Part shown: one piece after another, positions 1 to 15,413 of the stretch
How positions within the stretch are numbered: the stretch's first letter is position 1
Layout of the letters: each line of letters begins with the position of its first letter
Source: Chrysomallon squamiferum
Lineage: Eukaryota > Animalia > Mollusca
DNA: 64,000 nt
Assembly: GCA_012295275.1 (NCBI GenBank)
Contig: CM022669.1
Span: 9,114,001-9,178,000 of the forward strand
Direction of reading: 5' to 3'
The notes under the pieces: model-generated
The model's database searches: none
What the model saw: the letters and a program-made list of their open reading frames with translations, nothing else
Told to the model about the DNA's origin: nothing
Position numbers and translations under genes: made by a program

Positions 1-535
1 AGAGAGAGAGAGAGAGAAAGAGAATAAAACACAGAACAAAAACAAATGAGTTTAGAAGAAACAGGAAAGAACAGCGAGTTAAGATTAAAGAATGTGAAAG
101 CGAAAACAATAACAGCAAAAAAACAAACAAACAACAAACAAAAAAATAACAACTACATCATCACTTGAAGTAATAAAATATAAACCAAGTGACCCTTGCA
201 AAACAGCTGATGGTCATAATTGTGACACAACGCAGACGTTCTGTTCTGTGAAATGTCGAGTAGAAAATGTTATTAACTTCTTTAGCATCAAAGACTCACA
301 GAGTTCCGTCAGCGATGCCAAGTAATGTTGTTTTATGAGCGAGGCAGTGGGGTGTCCCGGGTTCGTTATAGCAGAACGCTTAAACCAATTTTATTTGGAG
401 CGCTGTGGGAAGCGTGGCGTTAGCCGCATTTCGGTGGAAATTAGTTTTGTGTGAAGTGTAAAAACTGAGTAATTGTCAGAATATAGAGACAGAGGCTGAA
501 GCAACAACAGACAGAAATATACTGGGTATTAATAT

Positions 536-569
536 CTATATCTGTATCTATATATATATCTGTATCTAT

Positions 570-661
<92 letters not shown>

Positions 662-681
662 ATATCTATCTATCTATATAT

Positions 682-712
<31 letters not shown>
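536..712. repeat. (TATC)n microsatellite
   Basis: Directly visible. Confidence 0.95.
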
Positions 713-713
<1 letters not shown>

Positions 714-1768
714 CTGTCTCTCTAGCTGTCTGTATGTCTGTCTGTTTATCTATGTGTCTAAAGAATGTTACACAAAAAATAAAATTAATACATATATGAG
801 ACATACATGCTCACGGACCCAAATAAAAAAGCTTAGTTATATATATTTAATACACGCGCGCGCACACACACACACAAACACACATGCACGTAGACGCACG
901 CACACACACAGACGCATACGCACACATACGCTGAGATGATTTTTTGAATAAAGTCCAAAGCTTAAAGTTTAACAAAAAAAATGTACCAGCATTCAGAACT
1001 TTTGTAATAGGGAAGATATAGAATTATAAAATAAAAATAGAAAATAAAATAGACGAAACAAATTAATAAATATATAAATAAAACAGGGGTAAAAAAATAA
1101 AATAAACAGAAAACGAATGACAGAAAGATCAGAACAAATAAAAGTTTAAAAAGTAAGAAAAAAAAAAAAAAGTCAAACCTACTGTACTCGAAACTTTTCT
1201 ATCCTGTTTGCGAAATAATTATTTTCGTTCTTTCCCTTCCGAGTTGAAAAGAATCATTTACAGCTAAGTGAGTGAAATATGTACGAAATAAAAAGGTTAA
1301 ACTATTTATCAGCAAACACAAACCATGTCACACATAATTCTGTGTAATTCACACAATACAGTTAGCGGTATTCGTTGTGACGCCGACTCCATTGAAAACG
1401 GCTCTGAACCGTCTCGCACTCTTTTCTAAATTTAAACTTGACATGAATAAGTGATATGTATATGAATACTTAACTCAAATATCAGCCAAAACACTCTGTG
1501 TCCACCCAACTGTTACAGTGCTATCTCTTAGTCTTTTCACATTTCTTTTAATATTTTCCTTTATTATTTTCCTTTATTATTTTCCTTTATCTGTCTATCT
1601 ATCTATCTATTTCTTTCTCTTTCTCTCTCTCACTATCTCTCTCTCTATCTCTCTCACTCACACACACACATTAGGAAAACATTCCTTTTTCATTAAAGTG
1701 AAGACAAAAATCATTTTAAAATTTAAAATCTACGATAAAATTTTACTTTAACAGATAAATGTGTGGGA

Positions 1769-1806
<38 letters not shown>

Positions 1807-2043
1807 AAAAACAGAGTTAATAACAACAACATTCATGTGATAATAATATACGAGACTAATAAAGCATTTGGCTGTGCGGGGGTTTAATTAATGTTTACCT
1901 GGCGATAACATATCGCTTACAACAACTACATATCTCTTTACACGACTACATTTGTCATTTATTTCACTGCCACCGTTTACCTGTAATACCTGCATTCAAA
2001 ACAGATTATGAAAAGACGCGGCTACCATGAAATTAATATGTTT

Positions 2044-2085
<42 letters not shown>

Positions 2086-5015
2086 GTGTGTGTGTGTCTC
2101 ATTTATGTAATTAATATGGCTATCATAAGGCGTACCTCTTCTTTATGATTATTAAATGGAGAAAACGAGAGTATCAGGTAGATGTATCTGATAGATATTT
2201 AACACGTGAAATAGTCGTTAATGAGTAATATGTAAATAATTATGTATGAGAAGTTTGTGATTAAAGCATGTTAACATGTATATAAAACGCATGTTAACAT
2301 GTATATAAAACGCATGTTATGTAACTCGGATATCTACGTACGTTATGTAAGTAACGATCTTACCTGAAGCTTAGTCCACGACAGAAAACACACATATAGA
2401 TACAGACACACAGACTTTTCTCTTCAAAATCCACAAAAATCTCTTTTAAAATTCCATGTCTCAAGTACTTAAACACGAGCTAAAACATCATTTCTCGTAA
2501 TTCTGAACTGGCATTTTTTTTTCTTTCTTTTCTGTTTAATTTATCAGACTTTGTTTCGTCTCAAAATTGCGAAATTGAATCAGTTTTTTTAATTCCCATG
2601 AAACCGACAATAATGTATGAAATGTACAGCTGAAATTATTATTTCTTTACATTACAGTTTGTTTTCTCGATAGTAACTCGATTTGGTGAAACTGACACGA
2701 AATCGATTAAGTTATTTACTTACTTCATAAACGACGCAGCTATATTTCTGACCAGTTTTGACGAATATATCCTTCGACAGAAATATCTTGTATTTCACAA
2801 ATCCATAGCATGTATCAGTATGAGCAGATATCAATCCACAGTGTTATTATAATTAGTAAAACTTTGTATACACAGTCTACGTATCCTAGTACAAAAATAA
2901 CTCCACTGCCGTTTAAACTTGTATCAAAAGTTTGATACGCTGTAACGATTACAACAAAATATAACTCTCTGTCTTTTAACACCACTCTCTTACACAAAAA
3001 TAATATTCATGTCTAAAAAAAAAAAATCCTTCCAGTCCGCTGAACAACCATTTTCGTTCGTTCTTTTTTTTTTTTTTTTTTTTTTCTCTCTCTCAAAGAA
3101 AATTCCCCAAATTCCGATCCCGTACAAAGCTGAATGTTTAAAACGTTCACCAACAACAAGTCACGAGCGACCACGATTTGTGATCGGCAGATTGCGCCGG
3201 CGATAAATATTAATGAATTAACAGGTAGCAGACGCAGAGAGCGAGCGAGCGCGCGCGCTCGACTTCTCATTGGCCACTCGGATCCCCATCCGCCGTCCTC
3301 TCTTTCTCTTTCTTTCTCGGTTATTTCTCGCCGTCTTTCTCAAAAGCAGGAAAAATCTACAACAATCCAATATTAATTCTTAAGCCAAGTGACGCGGAGG
3401 AAAAAAGAACACCGCAGAGTTACTTCCCTTCAGTATTGATTTACGAGACGCAGAATTTACTAAGGGAGAATGAATGACAGGCGCTATCAGCGATTTATGA
3501 CCAATTATTTAGCCAATAGTGGAAACTGCAAGTATCCATTGTAGCCCCGTTCTCTTTTAACTCCAACCGCGCCGTTAATACTGTTCAGCGACTTTTACAG
3601 TATTGTTGGCTATTACTTTGTTATTATTATTATTTTATTTTATTTTATTTTTTTTATTTATTTTTTTTATTTATTTTATGACTCATATTCAGGGTACGTC
3701 TGTTTGATACGTGCGCGCGTGCGAATCGCTGATTGGCAAGTTAATAAATACCTGAAACACACCTGACTTCTGATTTATGTGTCGTGATTCATTGTTTTTT
3801 TTTTGTTGCTTTCATCTCCAGCTCGGGTTTTATCGACACTCCCGTTTTCTCGTTCAAACGAAATTGTGAGGTTTATGTGTCGGCCTAGGCGTGAATGAAA
3901 GACAGAGCGTGCGTGAATCAAAAACAATCAACATCTGACAGATATCAGTTGTAAAATAAAATAAAACAAAAATAATCAATGTACAGACATGCATACATAT
4001 AATAATAAAACATACATATCTACAAACACACACACAATATATATATATATATATATATAATTTTATATATAGATATATATAATTATATATACATATACAT
4101 ATATACACCGTCATATACAATCACACACACACACACACACACGAACATACATACATACATTACCCCAGTGTAAAGACACAAATATAAGACGCGCACACAC
4201 GGATTGCCACGAACATGAATACACTTAAAGCTGTATTCTGATTCCCATATAAACTTGTTTATCTTAACAATGTTGCGAATTTTGCTCACAAAAGTCAAAT
4301 ACCAGGGGAAATCTGAGCGCATTAGCGAAACAGAGGATTTCCGAAATTGTTTTTCCTTTTGACCATCTCTCCAATTTGGCAATTTCCAGACACTTCTGAC
4401 TGAAAAAAAAAAAAACCTCAGCGGTCCCCTTAAACATGCAGCATAAAACCGAGTCTCAGGAAGAGAAATCATCTTACTGTTGCAGGGATCGGAGAGAAAT
4501 CTCATTTTCTAGATTACTCCAGTGTAATTATGATTCGAGATTGCTGTAAGACTTACGGGTCTACTACGCACAGAAGACGCTTTTTCTTTCTTTCTCAGCG
4601 ATTTCTCAATTTCCCGAGGAAGACGTTCAGTGACGTGCAGTAGGAATGTCGAGAGAGACAGAGAGAGCCTGTGAGTGGTTTTCGAGTGCTGAGGAAAAGC
4701 TGAATGGTTGTGTGGTGTGTTTTTTTTTTTGTTGAGACGAGTTATTCTCGAGTTGATAGACAAACCAAAGCATCTCCCGCGGGATGTTTGCAGACAACAA
4801 GCGCTTGAGTGACACTGCACGTGAAAGCAGTGATTACCTCTTTTGTGCTGAATCACGTTGAAAACACACTTCTAAACAAATAAAAACCCCAGTGATAATG
4901 ACTGCCCATTGTGAAACAGTTATTCATAATTTTTAGATGATGTTCTGTTTGATATCCTTACTACTACTTTATCAGTCAAAGACATAACCCAGTGACTTTA
5001 TTGATTATTAGTTTA

Positions 5016-5073
<58 letters not shown>

Positions 5074-5873
5074 GACACACACACACATAATGTGTGTATG
5101 TTATTATCTCTGTACCTGCGAATGTATGTTTTTGCTTATATATATGCATGGATTTTTATGTTTTAAATATATATATATATATATGTATGTATGTACGTAC
5201 TTTGTGAATAAAACCCTAACCATATTATTTTTCTCAGGCATATATGTTTGCAAGTGTGTGCATTCAGAATATGTGTTTATGTAAAAACAACTTTGTGAAT
5301 AAAACATTCAGCAAACATCACTATACCAACAAGAAAACAAAATACGGTGTGTACTGATGTAACAACCATACGAGAAAATGACAGTTTGCAGAACGCGAGT
5401 TCGAATCTCCTCTGGGACACAATAATACACTTACCTTCACCCCAGTACTTTACAGCCTCATTATTTGTCCATTCTGATAGGTAAACGAGAATAATTTGGC
5501 AAAGTGAAAATGTCCATTAAAACAGAAAGCATGTGAGCCGAGTAATCAGCATAAATCTCCTAGAGCGAGCACCGTGTTTATGACGATGGCGTTTGTAGCT
5601 TTTCCCCGCACTAGCTGAAATTAGTTCCAGATTTGTTAGAAGTGAGGGAAGACAAACGACTCGACGTTACAGATTCGTGTTACAATTATTATAAAATAAA
5701 ACTGTCAGCTTGTTTGGAAATCTTATGTAAATCGTGGTGGGTCAAATGATATAATCTCCGTACTGTAGCGATTGATTTGTTTACCCGTTCTACCCACAGC
5801 CTCACGACTGCGATAACAAAGGACGCAGCAAGACATTTTATATTCTCTCTCTTTTTCTTTCTCTATTTCTCTC

Positions 5874-5914
<41 letters not shown>

Positions 5915-6113
5915 TTCTTTCTTCGTTTCTTCTTCTCTCAGTCATTCCTTCTTTTTTCTCTCACAAACGCTTTTTTAAAAGTTTTATCTTGACTTCCGTT
6001 CTTCGTTTTTTTCTTTCTTTCTTTCCGATCTCTTTTACGAATACAAAACTCCAGAAAAAGATATAATTATGTCCCCGGTGACAAACAACAACAACAACAA
6101 CAACTACAACAAC

Positions 6114-6145
<32 letters not shown>

Positions 6146-6944
6146 TAATAAACATGTAAAAGTATCTTCCACTACGTTTTGAAAGTTTAGGTACATATTT
6201 AAGCACTTAGCATTCGACAGATGTCATCTTTATTTACTATTTTGACTGGAACGCGGCAGAAGATTAAGTGAAAGTCACAATGTTTCTTTAACATCGAGTT
6301 TTTCATTCACAAGTTAATTCTCAATGAATCCAAAAATAAACAGAAGAAAATCCAGATAATACGTAGAAACTTGCATTAAAGGGACGAAACACATTTTTGT
6401 GGGATAGCTTTTTTGGTCGTTTCAAATTCTTTCGAGTATCTGTTATTTTTATATATTTTTTTGAAAATTATATATACATTGCTAAACGTTTCGTTAATTG
6501 TACAAGTAACTATAGGTTTATATTAGAAAAAAAAAAAAAAATACTGTCTGCATGTGTTTCATGATTCGAAAATTTCTGACGATGTTGGTGCTTGCTCGTA
6601 ATGTGAACGCTGTCAACACTACAGAAGAACTCCTGTATTTATACACAGACACACAGACTCACATTTCCAGTCGCTGAATTCGAGATTCTGGTTTTAATAA
6701 CATTTGTTAAAGAGATGACACGAAACAGACAACTGAAGATAACACAGTCTGAAACTAACTCGAATGTTCCAGACACGACGAAATGAAAGTGTGATCAGTT
6801 ATGATAACAAGTTAATTCTTCCTTTAAACAAGCACATTTTCTTAGAAAATAAAATAAAATATTGAAGTCATTTTTATTTATTTAGTGATAAAAAGTAAAA
6901 AAAAAAAAAAAAAAAAAACAAAGCAAATAAAAATAGAATAGAAA

Positions 6945-6987
<43 letters not shown>

Positions 6988-7145
6988 ATATGAAAGAATT
7001 AAAAATAAAATAGAAAATAAAACCAAAATAACTGACGACTGAAAAAAAGTTTAATATTGCTCATTTTTTAACACGTGGCCACACACACGCATGCACGCAC
7101 GCACGCACGCAGGCACGCTCTCTCTCTCTCTCTGTCTCCTCTCTC

Positions 7146-7241
<96 letters not shown>

Positions 7242-7511
7242 AAATGGTTTGAGAATTCGTCTAAAAAGCACTCACTTGGTATTCAGCTCGCATTGCGAGA
7301 CTTCACAGACGAGACAAAACATTTCAAAATGTGATCTGGACTCTGTTATACGTAATCTACTACCGCGGGATGTAGAAACGGGGGGAGGGTTACTCATTTC
7401 TCTCTGTCAGAAGACGACAGTGTGACTGAGATGGTTTCTGTAGCAGAGTCTAGTTAATCTGTTTAATACTATTATCAGTCAGTGGAAAACAGTTTTTACT
7501 GTGAGATGCAC

Positions 7512-7545
<34 letters not shown>

Positions 7546-10500
7546 TGGATTTTGAGAATCAAGTCTTTGGAAGCTGATTGGAACAGGCGATAGCAATATG
7601 ATTACGTTACTGAGGACAGATCCTTAGGCCATGCACTAACCACCAAGCTATGGTAAAACATTTGTCTTTGAGATGTTTTATAAATGAACAAAGAAATAAA
7701 ACTGGCCTTTCTCTCGATCCAACAAGAGCTCCAAAACCGTGTGTGTGTGTGTGTTTTCGTCCTTCACAACAATCCTGTATAATTCCAAGAGAAAACATGA
7801 AACAAATATATACATTATCTACACTAAAATAACAACATACTACAACATAAAACCTTTATCGGTCTGAACACAAATACAGACACGTGTCTGAGATAAATGA
7901 TTTCTGAAATAATTTACAGATAATTCCGTCAGCTCTCAACGCGCTGTCAGAGATACTTCAGCAAATAATCTACGCTTCATAAATTGCCAGAAACAAATCA
8001 CCTCCTGGCGAACAGCGAGAGACAGACAACACCACAGCACACAGAGAAATCCCAAACTCAGAGAGAGAGAGAGAGAAAAAAACACACACACAAAGCACAC
8101 AGCGTAACAAATATCACACACTGACAGACAGACACACAGTATACACAGAGTTAGAAATATCACACACTGACAGACACACACAGCCGTCTCTCAGCAACGT
8201 GCGAACAACTCGCACTGGATACCTCTGATCACAAAATGTCCATCAGCTCGTTCTGCCGAGCGAGGATCAAAGTGGCGAGGCTTTTTGCTGCATGGAAAAA
8301 TAAAATAGTTCGAGGCAGGCTGAACACGTGTCTTGTAGAGAAGTATCACGTTTGCAGAGAGCTCTTTGATAAAAGTCTATGAAACCAGGTTTCTGTCGAG
8401 AAACAAGAGATGTAAGAACATCGTCAGTTCTTTGTGCGTACAGTAGTCTATCTCCCATTCCAATAAATACTCCAAGAATAATTAATCTATGAAAACTAAC
8501 TAACTAAATAACTAAATAAATAAATGAATAAATATCGCCTACTGATCATTAAGTTATTAATGATTTAGCCGTAGCGAATTTCTTGTTTTGTATCATCAGT
8601 GTATTTGAAACACATACACATCAGACTGTTTAAAACCTATACATCAGACTATTTGAAAAATACACATCAGACTATTTAAAAACCATTCAATCATTTGTTA
8701 GGAATAATAAAAAAAAAAAAAAAATTGGCGATAATTTCAAAAACGTTTAAAATATACATGCAATAAAGAACACACACAAACAAACACATAGCTATCAATT
8801 AACTGGCATACTGCAATTATAAAATAATTATGATTATCTGTATATTAGTTAACTTGTGCTACATTAAACACTAATTTATTCCTTTAAACATCATTACTAG
8901 TACTATTATTACCAGTACTACTACTACTACTGATATTATTTCTACTTCCACTACTAGTAATATTAACTAATTCTCTGGTTCAAGACCATAGACAAGAATG
9001 TCCATCATGTTTATTACCAGCAAAAGTTCAGTGAACTATCGGCAACAACAACAACAACGACAACGACCAGCTAATGGAAAAATGACTGTATATATCGTAA
9101 CCTAATCTGCGACATTTTCTCGGAATTCGGTCACGTGATACGATACATTTGAAGAGTCTGTCTGTAGCTGACATTTCTTTCTGTTGGTGATGTATCGCTC
9201 CTTCTCCTGAACCAGAGCATCACTATTTACAGCGTTTCTAATTCAGTACAGTTGTTAGGTTTTTCACGAAATGGCGTCTGCTATACAGTGACCACTGAAC
9301 TATTGTCCAGAATATATTCACCTATTTCCTCATTTCCGTGTGTATTTCTATACTAGACTGTGGAAAGAAAGGCAGGATCTTCATCAGTCTGAATCCAATC
9401 ATCCTTCTCTGAATCTGTTCATTCATCCACATTCAATCCATTGATCTGTGGGGATTACTTATGATGCCAATAAAATATTTATATATCAGTATTTTGTAAA
9501 CAGATAAGTAAACAGACAAACAAATAAAAACAAGCACACAAACACACACACACAAACAAACAAACAAATAAATAAATAAATAAGTAAATAAATATTCTGT
9601 TTGCTTCATAATGGCTCAACTTTATTCGACTTTTCATTACGGCTGTAAATAAATAATTCATATTTATTTATTTAAAACGGTTTTCTTACAAAATAAATTT
9701 GACAGCTATCAACACACATTTGTTATCTAATTTTATGCGAAAGTATTATGATGCATGCAGCTATTTAAAATACAACAATTTTGGGGTTTTTTTTTTTAGA
9801 ATTCAGAATTTATCATGGTCTCTGATTGACATCTGCGTGAACTGTGTTCATGACAAAGTTACATATATAACGTCCAACAAACCAGTGAACATGCAACAAC
9901 AGAAACCATATTAAGAATGACCCACATCATACAACACTAAATTCAAGAATTATTAAGAAAACCTCGTGACGTTCAGGTCTGCTTATGTAATTTCTGTGAC
10001 AAAAAAAAAAAAAAAAAAAAAAAAAGTGTCGTAAGTTAACTCTCACGAATTTGACATCTGGACACACTTCGGTGAGAGTTTAGGTAACATTACGAGCTGT
10101 TTATAAAATTTTTAAAATGTCCGACGTTGACCTGGACAATGGGAGTGAAATGATCACACCTTCCTTAATCAATGAGATTTCGGTTGTTAACCAAGTCTGA
10201 TACTCTGACCTCGTGTTTTAGATATGTACAAACAGAAAATTTCGCTGTGAAACCTTTCTAAGTTAGTCCTTTGGCGATGTAAATAATTAACTGTTAGCAT
10301 TAACTGAAGATGACAGAAATAAGATAATAAACGTTTAGCTGACAAGTAACATGAACGAGTGTTTTTTTGTTTTGTTAATATAGTTTCTTTTTATAATTTG
10401 AGAAAGAAAAAAATAAATTTAGTTATTTTGTTTTCTTTTGTTGTTGTTTTTATTTTCAAAGGCTTTTATTCTTTTGTTCTCTTTTTAAATGTAGATAGAA

Positions 10501-11305
10501 AAGTGCAGAGACTAGAAAACCTTCATCATATCTTTGAATATCTATCTATCTATCAATCTATCTATATTATTTTTCTGTTTCAGTTTCTGATCTTTTTTGC
10601 TCTTTATCTTGTATTGTGATGATGATGAACAGTATGTAGGCAGTTAAATAAACGTGAATAGACTAAAATATCAGATATGAATAGTCAGACAGACAGAGAG
10701 ATAAAAATATAATTAGATACAGCAAAAAAAAAAATTTAAAAAAATTAAAAACCTTTTAATTTTATAAATAAATTTTCATTTCGGGGGAAAAAAAACCCCA
10801 AAACAACAACAAAGAAAACCTTTAGCGATAAGAAAGGGTAAAAGATAATAGAAAGCGGAAAAAAAGACAAAGAAAAGAAACGGAAAAATAATACAAAAAA
10901 GATCTTCCTCCATGTTCCGATTTACTTGTTTTAAATTTTTTCCCTTCTTATGTGATTTTTAAATCATCTTTTTTTCAGTTCTTTGACGTTTTTTTCTTTC
11001 TTTTTAATCTCGTTTTCTCATTTTATTATTCACAAAGAACTGCTGCTCCTTTTGTCAGAATATGACAGCAACCGGAAACTGATTTAATGCAGTTGACGGG
11101 GGTCAATTTGTAAAGTTCTTTAGTCAGTCGAATGTCAGCTGAATTCTTGTAACATGACATGTAGGAGCAACGAAGCATTTAACAGATACAACGGGATAAA
11201 AATTACAAAACGATGAGGAGATATTTTTAGACAACTTTCTAGTCAATACAGTAGCAGAGTGAAGAGTAAAAAAAATATATATGGGTAGTTAGTTGGATAG
11301 TGACG

Positions 11306-11382
<77 letters not shown>

Positions 11383-12611
11383 AATGTGATTTTAAATATG
11401 TTTTTTTTTTTTTTTATGTAAATTAATAATCAGCCTCTAAAGTGAATCTGCTTGATAAGAACAACTATATCTGCGAAGTAGCACTTGCAAGAAATTACTG
11501 ACTGCTTTCAGTTGTGTTCAAAAATAAAACTCATCCTTGTACTTCATTTGTATATCACTAACATCCCGATAGGTGAATGATTTGTAATCTGGGTTGTTCT
11601 AACAAATGAATGCACAAGTTTAAATACAATAAAAAATCTCTGTTGAACACATCAGAGTTTTTGGTATGTAAGACATTTTTAATAAACACAAAAAAACAAC
11701 AACAATGAAATGATCAATATATTTGCATCTTACAGTCCACATCTAAATCTCGCTAAAATAAAATGGTATTTTCTTCAAATTTGCAAAAAGCATTTGGGGT
11801 TCTGTTCTTTCTCGTTTTATTCGTTGGGAATTTTTGTCCACCGCCATTTTGTGTGTTAGGGGTTTTTTTTGTCCTGGAATGCAATCTTGCTATCTGTACA
11901 GAAGACATTCAAACCTTTACATACCAGAGACTTTTTGTCATATACCCAACACAACACACTGTTCGCGTTTTATCGGTAACAGTAAATAAACTCAGACAAT
12001 CCTAGCTAATCGTAAAGGAAATCTGTGACGGACCATGCAACTATTAATAATTTGGAATATACATACATCAAAGAAGACGGGGAAAAAAAAAAAAAAGGTT
12101 TGTTACGCTCGTGATTTGACTATCTGATCATCACGGTGATAAAAACATATACCCAGAGATCGACCATGCGTGCTTTTTTTCTTAATTTTTAGTGTGATAT
12201 AAAACTGGATGCGGTGTGGGTAATACTGGGCACGCTGTGAGGTTTTCAAGGTGTGTACAGAAATCTGTTTTGATATTCGAGACGAGAGCACGGCAGAGTG
12301 AAAAGGACATGTTTCAGTTTGTTACGTATCTGATAAATACAAATTGCCGAGTTTATTCTGAACAAATAAAGTGATGTTAGTATCACGGTGTGTTCGGTTA
12401 TCTTCTATCTGTCTGTCTGTCTGTCTGTGTGTTTTTATGTGTATGTGTCTTCGTATCTTTGTAGTTTTCTGTTTGTTTCTTTACTGGGGTTTTTTTTTGT
12501 CTGCCTTTCGTCTCTCTGCATATATCTCTTTCTATCTTCTTTTCCGTGTCTGTCTGTCTTTGTCTGTCTCTCTCTCTCTGTCTGTCTCTGTCTGTCTGTC
12601 TCTCTCTGTTT

Positions 12612-12719
<108 letters not shown>

Positions 12720-13919
12720 CGTTAATGCGCTAACAGACTTACATCGTATGAAGCCGAAATAACTGTTACTTTTACTACTCTCAGATTCGCATCGTGAGAA
12801 TTTTTGCCGGGACTAATCCGGGCACGTCTGCGAGTTATTTCGGGTTAATTCGCACGCTAATCCTGTTACGTCTTCGTCAGGTGACTACAAAAGTAATGAG
12901 TTTTACCTGCGACTGCGCCTTGCCCCTCGCACCTGCGCTCTAACTAACATTTAACTCCGCTGTTTACCTGACCCCGCGCTCAAAGTGCGGCGCAGTCTGT
13001 GAGCAAACTGAAAATAAGCCGCAGTCTCTCATCACCAGTCTCGAGTCCCCGTTTGACTCCGCGCTTGTTGTTCCTAGCTGACTTTCACAGCATCACTATG
13101 GACTGCAGATGTAGCAAAATGTTAAAAAACCGCCTCTATTACTTCCCATCAGTTTCATCTCATCTACGTTTTACACTTCATATTTTTTTATTTTTTTTTT
13201 TTTTCATTTTCTCTCTTATTTATTTACTTTTATTTTTTTTTTTCATCTGCTCTCTTATTTATTTATTTATTTATTTATTTATTTTTTTTTTTTTTGATGA
13301 CGCATGGAAATTAAAAGCACAATTTATTTAAACTGTTGCTAAACGATAAGAAGAAATAAATTATTTACATTTTATATTGTTTCAATGATTATTGAGTTTG
13401 ATGCTGACGGCTATAGTTTGTTAATAATAAAATAGGTCATTTAATTAACAAACAAACAAACAAAAACAAACAAAAAAATTGGATATCTGTATAATATCAC
13501 AATACGTACACTTCTGTGATATCCACAGCATTCATTGTTTGATATCATCAATATTGGACGTCAAATATTTAACAACTTCATTACATCACAGTGATAAATT
13601 GTCTATCATATACTACTGAATATCAAATAGATACATTTACTTAATGACGTCATTTGACTACACTCATTAATTTGCTTTTGTTTTCTATTTAAATTCAAAT
13701 ACATTATTTGTTTATTGATACTCAGACCACAATCATTAATTTTCATTCATTTTAGAAATTCAAATAAAACTATGTTTGGAAAATTTAATTTTCTAAATTC
13801 TTCCGTCTAAAATTTAGTCATTGTAACATAAAACTGGTTTTATAGTCTTCACGCTTCATTGGGGATTTTTAAGCATGCGTATTTTTCTACACACAGTACA
13901 CAACATACTGTAACATTTA

Positions 13920-14193
<274 letters not shown>

Positions 14194-14405
14194 TGTGTAA
14201 AGCTAACGGACTCATTCTCCATAATAAACTAATACAGGTAAGTGGAGAAACAAACAAACGATAAATTATCTAATTAACTAAATAATAACGACGTAGGTAA
14301 ATGTCATCAGCAGCAGTAACAACAACATCATTAACATCAACAGCATTACCACCACCATTTACAACAACAACAACAACAACAGTAGTAGTAGTAGTAGTAG
14401 TAGTA

Positions 14406-14439
<34 letters not shown>

Positions 14440-15266
14440 GAAGAAGAAGAAGAAGAAGAAGAATTATAATAATAATAGTAGTTGTAGTAGTAACAACAAT
14501 AACAACAACAACAAGTCAACCAAATAACAACATAAACTACGCGATGCATATAGGAGTCTCTTTCTCCCTCTCTTCACACAAACTCTTACAGTTAAGTACG
14601 CGCAGTCACATCTGTGTTTCATTGAGTGGAAATGCGGTCCATTCCTCAACTGGTAAATATTGTCTGAGTTTGGCAAATGTGCGCTGTATACAGCCACACG
14701 AGTTTATTTGTGTTTCTCTCTTCCTGAATCTGCGAAACAAACCGTATCCGAAATCATCACAGAGCAAGAAAAATTAGCGACGACTTAAAAGAAAACTGAC
14801 TGGATACGGCGCAACATGGAAACACATGGCGAAAATATGCAGTGCAAAAAATATGTACAGTATTTATATATATGTTTTTGTGTGTGTCTATATCTATATC
14901 GATATCTATATCTATATCTAAATATATATCTGTGTGTGTATGTGTGTGTGTGTGTGTGTGTGTTTATATAAACATGCAGAGTGTACAAAAATGTACAGTA
15001 TAAAATAAATATATATGCTGTATAAAGGAAAAACGGGTAAACTGAAATCAAAGGGGACAAAATGCGTCCTTAATTTCCTTCCTTTTTGGTTAAGAAAATA
15101 AATATATATATATATATATCATAGCTGAGTTATTATTGTTATTATTATTACTGTTGTTGTTGTTAATCACTAAATGATTACGAAGAAGTTAAAGGTGAAA
15201 AATGCATCTTAATATTTATGGATTTTATATCTCTGTACAAATATTATTTATCATTGTCTGTCTCTG

Positions 15267-15413
<147 letters not shown>

